Below, one piece after another: positions 28,844-36,822 of a DNA stretch of 55,258 nucleotides. Location of the stretch: contig CAIVPW010000075.1 of the NCBI GenBank assembly GCA_903907895.1, forward strand, positions 1 through 55,258, given 5' to 3'. Every line of letters starts with the position of its first letter. Positions within the stretch are counted from its first letter, which is position 1. The DNA is from an uncultured Alphaproteobacteria bacterium (GTDB lineage Bacteria; Pseudomonadota; Alphaproteobacteria; UBA2966; CAIVPW01). A program made the translations under genes and the position numbers. The notes beneath the pieces were generated by a model, which worked only from the letters and a program-made list of their open reading frames with translations, did not search any database and was not told the origin of the DNA.

Positions 28844-31246
28844 ATGGTCCGTCTCCTAGCTGCTTTCGTCACTCTGCTGTTCGTCGGCCTCATCGCGGCC
28901 GCGGGCGCAGGCCTGTGGGTGTTCTACCACTACGGTCGCGACCTGCCGTCGTACGCCCACCTCGCCAGCTGGGAGCCGATGACGACGACCCGCGTCTACG
29001 CGGGCGACGGCCGTCTCATGAGCGAGTATGCGCGCGAGCCGCGTGTGTTCGTGCCGTACTCGGCGATCCCGCAGAAGCTCAAGGAAGCGTTCATAGCAAC
29101 CGAGGATCAGAACTTCTTCAACCACTTCGGTGTCGATCCGCTCGCCTTGGCGCGCGCGATGGTCACCAACCTGAGGAACCTCGGCGAGGATCGCCGCATG
29201 ATCGGCGCCTCCACGATCACCCAGCAGGTGGCGCGCATGCCGGGCCTGTCGCTGCTGGACAACGACTACGGCCCCGAACGCAAAGTGAAGGAGTGGATCC
29301 TGTCGCTGCGCATCGAGCGCGCGCTGTCGAAGGAACGCATCTTCGAGATCTATCTGAACGAAACGTATTTCGGCTACGGCGCCTACGGCGTCGCGGCCGC
29401 GGCGCTGAACTATTTCAACAAGCCGCTCGACGAGCTGACCGTTGCCGAGATCGCCTACATCGCGGCGTTGGCGCGCGCGCCAACCAACTATCACCCGGTG
29501 CGGTACGCCCAGCGCGCCAAGGATCGCCGCGACCTCGTCATCGGCCGCATGCTCGAAGAGAAGTTCATCACGCAGGCCGAAGCCGACTCTGCGTGGGCGA
29601 CTCCGTTCGCCATCAATCCGCGCACCGAGACGGAAATCTTCACCGCCGACTACTTCGCCGAAGAAGTGCGGCGCGAACTGGCGCAGCGCTACGGCTTCGA
29701 CGAGCTGTACGGCGGCGGTCTGTCGGTGCGCACGACCCTCGACCCAAAGCTGCAGGACATTGCGTTGCATGTGCTGCGCGATGGTCTCGAAGACTACGAC
29801 CGTCGGCACGGCTGGCGTGGCCCGATCGCCCGCATCGACTATCCCGAGATGCAGTGGTCGGAGCGTCTGGCGCGCGTGAAGGTGCCGGCCGAACTCGGCT
29901 CCGATCGCCAGCTCGCCGTCGTCCTGGCGCTGCGCGACGATGCAGCCGAAGTCGGCTTCACCAACGGCGGCAAAGGGCTGATCCCGATGCGCGCCATGGC
30001 GTGGGCACGCCCGTGGCGCTCGGACCAACGCGTCGGGCCAGTGCCGCGCAAGCCATCGGACGTGCTCGCGGTCGGCGACGTCGTCGCCGTGCAGGCGTTC
30101 GAGGCGCAGGGCCAGTGGGCGCTGCACCAGATTCCCGACATCGAAGGCTCGCTGGTGGCGCTCGATCCGCACACGGGCCGCGTGCTTGCCATGGTCGGCG
30201 GCTACAGCTTCCAGAAGAGCCAATTCAACCGCGTCACCCAGGCGATGCGGCAGCCGGGTTCGGCCTTCAAGCCGTTCGTGTACGTGGCGGCGCTGGAGAA
30301 CGGCTTCACGCCGGCGAGCCTCGTGCTCGACGCGCCGTTCGTCGTGGACCAGGGCCCCGGCCTCGGCAAATGGAAGCCCGCCAACTACAGCCAGACGTTC
30401 TATGGACCCTCGACGCTGCGCCTCGGCATTGAGAAGTCGCGCAACCTCATGACCGTGCGTCTTGCGCAGCACATCGGCATGGACAAGGTGGCGCAGGTCG
30501 CCGAAGGCACCGGCGTCGTCGACAAGCTGCCGGAGTACTTGTCGATGTCGCTTGGCGCCAGTGAGACCACGTTGATGCGCCTGACGAACGCCTACGCCAT
30601 GCTGGTCAACGGCGGCAAGAAGGTCACGCCGACCTTGATCGACCGTGTGCAGGACCGCCGCGGCAAGACCATCTTCCAGCACGACACCCGTCCGTGCATT
30701 GGCTGCAAGAACGTCGCCTGGTCGGGCCAGCCCGAGCCCGCAGTGCCCGACGTACGCCCGCAGGTCATGGACCCGGTGGCGTCGTACCAGATGGTCTCGA
30801 TGCTCGAAGGCGTGGTGCAGCGCGGTACCGGCGTCGTCATCAATTCGGTGAAGAAGCCGCTGGCAGGCAAGACCGGCACGACCAACGATGAGAACGACAC
30901 CTGGTGGGTCGGCTTCTCGCCCGACCTCGCGGTCGGCGTATGGGTCGGGTTCGATAGGCCGAAGTCGCTCGGCCCGCAGGAGCAGGGTGCCTCGGCCGCC
31001 GCGCCGATCTTCCGCGACTTCATGGCCGCGGCGCTCAAGGACAAGCCGGGGATCCCATTCCGTATTCCGAGCGGTGTGCGGATGGTGCGCGTGAACTCCG
31101 AGACCGGCCAGCCGGCGCAGCCGGCTGACAAGAGCGTGATCCTGGAGGCGTTCCGCCCGGGCACCGAGCCCAACACCGCCACGGCCCTGGTGCTCGATCA
31201 GGGCTTTGTGCCGCGGGACACGGGCCTCAATCGTGGGCTTTACTAG
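28844..31246 (+). CDS. mrcA: Penicillin-binding protein 1A (bifunctional glycosyltransferase/transpeptidase)
   Basis: N-terminal TM. GT51 motifs EDQNFFNHFGVD and RKVKEW. Transpeptidase motifs SAFKP, SxN and KTGTTND. Confidence 0.93.
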   Translation: MVRLLAAFVTLLFVGLIAAAGAGLWVFYHYGRDLPSYAHLASWEPMTTTRVYAGDGRLMSEYAREPRVFVPYSAIPQKLKEAFIATEDQNFFNHFGVDPLALARAMVTNLRNLGEDRRMIGASTITQQVARMPGLSLLDNDYGPERKVKEWILSLRIERALSKERIFEIYLNETYFGYGAYGVAAAALNYFNKPLDELTVAEIAYIAALARAPTNYHPVRYAQRAKDRRDLVIGRMLEEKFITQAEADSAWATPFAINPRTETEIFTADYFAEEVRRELAQRYGFDELYGGGLSVRTTLDPKLQDIALHVLRDGLEDYDRRHGWRGPIARIDYPEMQWSERLARVKVPAELGSDRQLAVVLALRDDAAEVGFTNGGKGLIPMRAMAWARPWRSDQRVGPVPRKPSDVLAVGDVVAVQAFEAQGQWALHQIPDIEGSLVALDPHTGRVLAMVGGYSFQKSQFNRVTQAMRQPGSAFKPFVYVAALENGFTPASLVLDAPFVVDQGPGLGKWKPANYSQTFYGPSTLRLGIEKSRNLMTVRLAQHIGMDKVAQVAEGTGVVDKLPEYLSMSLGASETTLMRLTNAYAMLVNGGKKVTPTLIDRVQDRRGKTIFQHDTRPCIGCKNVAWSGQPEPAVPDVRPQVMDPVASYQMVSMLEGVVQRGTGVVINSVKKPLAGKTGTTNDENDTWWVGFSPDLAVGVWVGFDRPKSLGPQEQGASAAAPIFRDFMAAALKDKPGIPFRIPSGVRMVRVNSETGQPAQPADKSVILEAFRPGTEPNTATALVLDQGFVPRDTGLNRGLY

Positions 31247-31254
31247 GACACACC

Positions 31255-32392
31255 ATGCGCGCGGAAGCAGAGCAGATCGCGGCCGAAATTCGGGAGTCGC
31301 TCGCACTCCTGAGGAGGCATCTTTGACTCCGATGGCGCCGAGCAGCGCCTTAAGGATCTGAACGCCCAGGCCGAAGACCCTGGCCTTTGGAACGATCCGC
31401 AACGCGCACAGCAGATCATGAAGGACCGCACGCGCACCGAGCAGGCCGTGCAGCGGGTGCTCCAGTTGGAGCACTCCTTCAAAGACACGGCTGAACTGGT
31501 CGAGCTCGCCGAGGCCGAGGGCGACGAGGGTGTCGTCCAAGACACCATGGCGGAGCTCAAGCGCATGCGCGACCTCGCCGCCAAGCGGCGCCTGGAAAGC
31601 CTGCTGTCGGGGGAGGCCGACGGCAACGACGCGTACCTCGAGGTACACGCCGGCGCGGGCGGCACCGAGTCGCAGGATTGGGCGCAGATGCTCGTGCGCA
31701 TGTACTCGCGCTGGGCCGAAGACAACGGCTTCAAGGTCACGTGGGAGCAGGAGACGCCCGGCGAAGAAGCGGGCGTGAAGTCGGCGACCGTGCGGGTGTC
31801 CGGCGAGAACGCCTATGGCTGGCTGAAGACGGAATCCGGCGTGCACCGCCTGGTGCGCATCTCGCCCTACGACTCGGCTGCGCGCCGCCACACCAGCTTT
31901 GCCAGCGTGTGGATCTACCCGGTCGTGGACGAGGACATTCAGGTCGATATCCAGGAAAAAGACCTGCGCATCGATACCTATCGCGCGTCGGGCGCCGGCG
32001 GCCAGCACGTCAACCGCACCGACTCGGCGGTTCGCATCACGCACATTCCGACCAACATCGTTGTGCAGTGCCAGTCCGACCGCTCGCAGCACAAGAACCG
32101 CGCCGAGGCCATGCGCATGCTGAAGGCGCGCATGTACCAGCGCGAGCTCGAGATTCGCGAAGCCGAGAAGGCCGCGGTGAACGCTGCCAAGACTGACATC
32201 GGCTGGGGCCACCAGATTCGCAGCTATGTGCTGCACCCGTACCAGATGGTCAAAGACCTGCGCACCGGGGTCGAGAAGGGCAACGCCCAGGGCGTGCTCG
32301 ACGGCGACCTCGGCGACTTCATGAACGCGTCCCTCGCGGCGCGCTTCGAGCCGGGCGGCGGCCAGAACAAGGCCGTCCGGGACGATGCGTAG
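31255..32392 (+). CDS. prfB: Peptide chain release factor 2, requires programmed +1 frameshift: join(31255..31323,31325..32392)
   Basis: Frame 0 runs from ATG 31255 for 23 codons and ends in CTT TGA C. The +1 frame continues [30 protein letters not shown] into ORF 31418..32392, which carries GGQ ([11 protein letters not shown]). Confidence 0.95.
31312..31327 (+). promoter_or_regulatory. prfB +1 frameshift site with internal Shine-Dalgarno-like stimulator
   Basis: AGGAGG (31312-31317), then CAT, then CTT TGA C (31321-31327). This is the canonical RF2 autoregulatory cassette. Confidence 0.9.
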
Positions 32393-32933
32393 CGCGCTTG
32401 CGGCAACGGTGTTCGTTGCCGCAGCGGCAAGTGCCCTGGCGCAGGGGGCGATTCCCGGCCTTCAGGAACGTGCTGCGGCCGCGGCCGCTATGCGCGCCAA
32501 GGTCGCGGCGGGCGAGGTGCGGGTGGCCACGCAGGACTTCGCCGATTGGTGGGGCGACTGCAGCCAGGCGCCGCTCGATCCCGCGCCGGTGTGCCGCGTC
32601 TTCTCGCGCATGCTGGTGGAAGACGAGAACCGGCAGCTCGGAGTGGTCGCGGTCACCGTGTTTACGAGGCCAGCCCTGACGGTGCGCGTTGCCTCCGACT
32701 GGCAATTCCCGGCGCTGGCTCGCTTGCAGATCGACACGCTGCCGCCGCTCGACGTGCGCGCGTGTACGACCAACTCCTGCACCTACACGGGCGAAGCGGC
32801 GCAGCAGGTGGTTGATGAACTGCTGACCGGTGCCACCGTGTTGGCGCGCTACGAGGCGCGCGCGGCGATGTTCAAGGGCCGGCTGTCGCTGGATGCGTTT
32901 GCGGCGAAGTACGCCGAGATCGCGCAGCGCTAG
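32385..32933 (+). CDS. Secreted IalB-family (invasion-associated locus B-like) protein
   Basis: Signal peptide AATVFVAAAASALAQG. The W..C..(8)..C pattern and later IDTLPPLDVRACTTNSCTY fit IalB-family architecture. It overlaps the prfB end by 8 nt. Confidence 0.6.
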   Translation: MRSALAATVFVAAAASALAQGAIPGLQERAAAAAAMRAKVAAGEVRVATQDFADWWGDCSQAPLDPAPVCRVFSRMLVEDENRQLGVVAVTVFTRPALTVRVASDWQFPALARLQIDTLPPLDVRACTTNSCTYTGEAAQQVVDELLTGATVLARYEARAAMFKGRLSLDAFAAKYAEIAQR

Positions 32934-32938
32934 CCGCG

Positions 32939-33448
32939 CTACTTCACCACGATGCGGCCGACAAGGCCGGCCTGGCGATAGCCGGGCAGGGGATCGGCGA
33001 TCTCGAACTCGCCTCCCTGCGGGAAGCGCCACAGCAATTCGGCGCGTTCGGCGGAACCGACCCGCACGCTGGCCGGGTCATCGCCGGGGCCGGTGTCGCG
33101 CTTGCGCAACTCGACGCGGGCGAGGTTGTCGCGCGTCGTGCCGATGACCATCTCGTGCGCGAACTCGCCGTTGTTGGCGACGACAAAGCGGATCTGCTCG
33201 CCTGCCTTCACGGTGATGACGTCGGGGTAGAAGTACATGCGGCCGTCGTGCAGTTCGCGGATGCCGATCTCAATGGTACGCGAAGCGCGCGAGGCGGCGC
33301 CCGGCTCCCCGTAGGCGCGCGGCGCCGACTGCAAACTCGTGAGGGCGCTGTCGGCCTGCCGCGCTCCGTCTCCCCGCATGGCGAAATACGCGCCGCCGGC
33401 GACGACGAGCGCGGCAACGGCCACGGCAGCGATGATAGTGGAACGCAC
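32939..33448 (-). CDS. Membrane-anchored cupredoxin-fold protein, copper ligands degenerate (paralog 1)
   Basis: GTG 33448 with GAGGA 7 nt upstream (the track start at 33526 is an extension). TM anchor. MYFYPDVITVKAGEQIRFVVANNGEFAHEMVIGT ... EFEIADPLPGYRQAGLVGRIVV aligns with the plastocyanin/azurin-like COG4454-type family. Confidence 0.7.
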   Translation of the reverse strand: MRSTIIAAVAVAALVVAGGAYFAMRGDGARQADSALTSLQSAPRAYGEPGAASRASRTIEIGIRELHDGRMYFYPDVITVKAGEQIRFVVANNGEFAHEMVIGTTRDNLARVELRKRDTGPGDDPASVRVGSAERAELLWRFPQGGEFEIADPLPGYRQAGLVGRIVVK

Positions 33449-33589
33449 AGGTCGGTCCTCGGAAGTAGGTTGCCCGCGGGCCGCGGGGGCTTGGCTGGTG
33501 TACTTGCCGCCGATTTTCGCCGCCACCGTCAGTATGCGGGCCTGTCTTGAAGTGTCAAATCACGCGGCGAGCTTCCCGTCGCGGAAGGT

Positions 33590-34063
33590 TCAACGCACCA
33601 CGAGGCGACCGTACAGGCCGGCCTCGCGGTCGCCCGGCAGCACGCTCGAGAACTCCAGTTCCCCGGCTCGCGTGAAGTGCCAGAACACTTCCCCGCTTTC
33701 GCTAGGCCCGACGCGGACGCTGTTGGGGGCGGGCAGTGTGCCACGCGGGTTGCCGCGCAGTTGTGCCATGGCACGCGTGATGTCGGTGGTCGGCGCCACC
33801 AGCAGGTAGTGGGGCTTCTCGCTCTCGTTCTTGACGGAGAAACGCACCTGCTCGCCGCGGCGCAACTCGATGGCGTCGGGGAGGAAGTACATGCGGCCAT
33901 CAGGCCGCTCGCGGATCAGGATTTCGATCCCGCGCGCCGGCTGCGCCGCGTCGCCGAACGCGCCGAAGGCGCCATTGTCCACTTCGGGGGGCAAGAATAA
34001 ATACGCCCCCGCGCCGATGAGCGCGGCAGCGACGACACCGGCGGCGATGCGGCTCGCGCGCAT
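33590..34063 (-). CDS. Membrane-anchored cupredoxin-fold protein, copper ligands degenerate (paralog 2)
   Basis: ATG 34063, TM anchor. MYFLPDAIELRRGEQVRFSVKNESEKPHYLLVAP ... ELEFSSVLPGDREAGLYGRLVV is clearly paralogous to 32939..33448. Confidence 0.7.
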   Translation of the reverse strand: MRASRIAAGVVAAALIGAGAYLFLPPEVDNGAFGAFGDAAQPARGIEILIRERPDGRMYFLPDAIELRRGEQVRFSVKNESEKPHYLLVAPTTDITRAMAQLRGNPRGTLPAPNSVRVGPSESGEVFWHFTRAGELEFSSVLPGDREAGLYGRLVVR

Positions 34064-34076
34064 GATGGCGAACGAA

Positions 34077-34104
34077 GTCCCTCTCCTGCAGGCAGGAGAG
34101 GGAC
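34077..34104 (-). terminator. Perfect 13-bp inverted repeat between bacA and the cupredoxin-like gene (terminator/attenuator candidate)
   Basis: GTCCCTCTCCTGC-ag-GCAGGAGAGGGAC. On the minus strand it is followed by TTCGTTCGCC. It contains the only SD-like sequence (GGAGAGGGA) upstream of ATG 34063. Confidence 0.45.
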
Positions 34105-34110
34105 GTCAGA

Positions 34111-34554
34111 TCAGCCCGCGGCCTTCTCGGCGACGGGCAGCTTGGTGACGGCCTCGGGCTTGCGGCGCGGCTCCTCGTCGAGGCGGCGCAACTGGCCCTC
34201 GATGTGGGCGCCGGCTTCGATCGCCAGCACTTCGTGGACGATGTCGCCGACGACCTTGGCGGTCTTGGCAAGGCGCACCTGGCGCGCCGAAATCTTGCCC
34301 GAGATTTGGCCGTGCACGACGATGTCGTCGGCCACCAACTCGCCCGCGATGCGCGCGTGCGATCCGACCGTGAGCGCCTGCGCGGTGACGTCGCCGTCGA
34401 TGACGCCGTCCACCTGGATCTCGCCCTCGGTCTTCAGGTTACCGACGATGTGCAGATTGGCGCTGATGATCGACGGCGTACCCCTCGGACCGCTCGCCGC
34501 GGCGGGTACCGGTCTCGGGGATTCGGCCATCTTAGTCTCCGTTTTTGAAAACAT
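34111..34554 (-). CDS. bacA: Bactofilin
   Basis: The N-terminal MFSK motif is typical of alphaproteobacterial bactofilins. The right-handed beta-helix repeat region runs IVGNLKTEGEIQVDGVIDGDV ... IVVHGQISGKI. Pro-rich tails. Confidence 0.9.
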   Translation of the reverse strand: MFSKTETKMAESPRPVPAAASGPRGTPSIISANLHIVGNLKTEGEIQVDGVIDGDVTAQALTVGSHARIAGELVADDIVVHGQISGKISARQVRLAKTAKVVGDIVHEVLAIEAGAHIEGQLRRLDEEPRRKPEAVTKLPVAEKAAG

Positions 34555-36166
34555 TGCGTCCTGCCTTCAAGAAGTTCGCGGGGTCGAGTGGGTCGCCGTC
34601 GAACAACACTTCGTAGTGCAGGTGGGGTCCCGTGGTTCGCCCACTTCGGCCCATCGTTCCCAACCCCTGCTGAAATTCCACCATCTGGCCTTTCTTGACC
34701 GTGGCCTTGGCGAGGTGGCCGTAGCGCGTCGTGATGCCGAAGCCGTGGTCGACCTCGACCATCAGCCCGTACGAACCCCAGTAACCGACGCGCGTCACAA
34801 CCCCTGGGGCTGGTGACTTGATCGGGCTGTTCAAAGGACCGACGAAGTCTAGTCCCTCATGAAATGCCTTCGTCTTGGTGAACGGATCTATCCGCGTACC
34901 GAAACCGCTGGAAAGCGAGAAGTTGTCGGTTGGTGCCGCCAGAGGGAGGGCAGCCAGAAGCTGTTCCATAGCGCCCCAGCGTTCCATCTGCTGCTCGACG
35001 GCGATCACGGTCTGGAAGAACGGATCGCGCGAGTCGCCCAGCGTCTGGCCGTTATAGGCAAGCGGGATGTAGGGCCCGCCCATCGCGATGCCGCCCACCA
35101 CGTTGGGCGCATTGCTGAGAAGGCGGTCCATGTCGAGGCCGGTCTGGCGGATCACGTTCTCGGCCAGGGCGACGTTGGCGTCCGCCCGGTCCTTGAGACG
35201 CGTGACGAGGTCGATCTGCGAGCCCTTGAGGTTGGTGAGGCGCAGCTGTAGCTCGTCGACCAGCTTGGCCATGAAGTCGCGGGACTGCAGGGCTTCGTCG
35301 CGTTCGGTCGACAGGCGCGCCGTCTGCGTCTCGGCCTGGCCGAGATTCTGCAGCAGCTGGTTGGCTTGGCCGGACGTATTCACGTTGCGCGTAGTCAGCT
35401 CAGCGATCTGCCGCTCGAGGTCGGTGCCCCGTGTCCGCGCAGCATCGCGCTGACGCTCGGACTCGGCGAGGCGGCTGTTCGCTTCGCCCAGAGCGGCATT
35501 CACGCGTTCCTCAGCGGTCATCGCGCCCGTCAGCAGGCGGCGCAGGTCCGTCACCGCCGTAAGCAGAGAGCGGTTCTCGGAGAGAGCGGTGTCGCGGGCG
35601 GCGGCCAGCATTTGCGTGCTGCGCTGCGCCTCGTTGAGCGAGCGAGTCAGCGCTTCGGCGTTGATGGCGGCCGCTGCAAGCTGCGTCTCCGCCGTACTGA
35701 TCCGGCCCTGAAGGTCGAGAAGAGTCGCGCGGGCGTGGTCCCGTTCCCCGGCCGTGCGCTCCAGCGCGTTGCGCACTTCTTGGATTTCGCGCTCAAGGCG
35801 GGCGCGGTAGTCGACCAGCGCCAGCAACTGCCGGTGCTGCGCCTCGACCTCGCCGGTGATCGAAAGGAAATGGCGCTCGGCGTCCACGCTGCGCTGGGCG
35901 AGTTGCTCGTACGCCGCGGAAATCTCGCGGATGCGATCGTCCTTCGCGTCGATGATCTCGTTGCGGAAGACGAGGTGCGCGGTGGTGAACGTCAGCCACG
36001 CGAACACGACCGCGACGCCACCGACGACAGCGATCTGCGTGTGCTTCTTCAGCGTGAAGAAGCGAACGACGCCGTCGCTGCGGAAGTAGAACTGTCGCTC
36101 GGGAAAGAGGCGATCCAGCGTTTCGCGCATACGTACCGCGCTGAGGAAGCTGTTGCCCTCGGCCAT
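34532..36166 (-). CDS. Bitopic M23 (LytM-type) peptidase with long coiled coil, LmdC-like
   Basis: Cytoplasmic tail, one TM (IAVVGGVAVVFAWLTFTTAHLVF) and a coiled coil of ~300 aa. C-terminal M23 domain (FHEGLDFVG ... YGHL ... GRSGRTTGPHLHYEV). Its 3' end overlaps bacA by 23 nt. Confidence 0.85.
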   Translation of the reverse strand: MAEGNSFLSAVRMRETLDRLFPERQFYFRSDGVVRFFTLKKHTQIAVVGGVAVVFAWLTFTTAHLVFRNEIIDAKDDRIREISAAYEQLAQRSVDAERHFLSITGEVEAQHRQLLALVDYRARLEREIQEVRNALERTAGERDHARATLLDLQGRISTAETQLAAAAINAEALTRSLNEAQRSTQMLAAARDTALSENRSLLTAVTDLRRLLTGAMTAEERVNAALGEANSRLAESERQRDAARTRGTDLERQIAELTTRNVNTSGQANQLLQNLGQAETQTARLSTERDEALQSRDFMAKLVDELQLRLTNLKGSQIDLVTRLKDRADANVALAENVIRQTGLDMDRLLSNAPNVVGGIAMGGPYIPLAYNGQTLGDSRDPFFQTVIAVEQQMERWGAMEQLLAALPLAAPTDNFSLSSGFGTRIDPFTKTKAFHEGLDFVGPLNSPIKSPAPGVVTRVGYWGSYGLMVEVDHGFGITTRYGHLAKATVKKGQMVEFQQGLGTMGRSGRTTGPHLHYEVLFDGDPLDPANFLKAGRNVFKNGD

Positions 36167-36335
36167 GCCGACCCCCGGATGCCTAAGGCCCAGCCGTCCC
36201 CACGGCAGAAAAGCCCCTTAAACCTTTGGTACCGATTCCCGTCCGCGTTGGCAACGGAAACGGCGTGCCCGTGTCAGGCTGACCGGCAAAATTTTCCCAG
36301 TTGCGCGCGCCGAACCCGAGAAAACGGAAAGATTG

Positions 36336-36815
36336 TTACAGAGCGCGGGCGGCCTCGAGGACGGCCTCAGCGTGGCCGTCAACGCTGACCTTGCGCCAAA
36401 CCTTTTGCACAACGCCCTTCTCATCGATGAGGAAGGTGGCGCGTTCGATGCCCATCGATTTCTTTCCGTACATATTCTTCTCGACCCACACGCCGTAGGC
36501 GTTGACGACCTTGCCGTCCTCATCGGCGCCCAGCGTGTGCTTCAGCGCGTACTTCTCGCGGAACTTTGCGTGCGACGCGCACGAGTCCTTCGAGATGCCG
36601 ACCACCGTGGTGCCGGCCTTCTCGAATTCCTTGAGCTTGCCGGTGAAGGCGATGGATTCCTTAGTGCAGCCTGGCGTGTCGTCCTTCGGATAGAAATAGA
36701 CGACGACCTTCTTTCCCTTGAGGTCGGACAGCTTCACCTTTTCGCCCGCATCGGTTTCGAGGGTGAATGCAGGTGCCTTGTCGCCTTCGTGCGGACCGCC
36801 GCTTTCTGCCGCCAT
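36336..36815 (-). CDS. bcp: Thioredoxin-dependent peroxiredoxin Bcp
   Basis: ATG 36815 with GAGGAAG upstream. GKKVVVYFYPKDDTPGCTKE is the peroxidatic cysteine motif. Confidence 0.9.
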   Translation of the reverse strand: MAAESGGPHEGDKAPAFTLETDAGEKVKLSDLKGKKVVVYFYPKDDTPGCTKESIAFTGKLKEFEKAGTTVVGISKDSCASHAKFREKYALKHTLGADEDGKVVNAYGVWVEKNMYGKKSMGIERATFLIDEKGVVQKVWRKVSVDGHAEAVLEAARAL

Positions 36816-36822
36816 TGCTTCC

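Noticed and set aside
31862-31870. The RF2 tripeptide-anticodon position reads SPY (RISPYDS) rather than the textbook SPF.
   Set aside because: This is a conservative Phe/Tyr change that I believe is common in alphaproteobacterial RF2. It cannot be judged unusual without an alignment.
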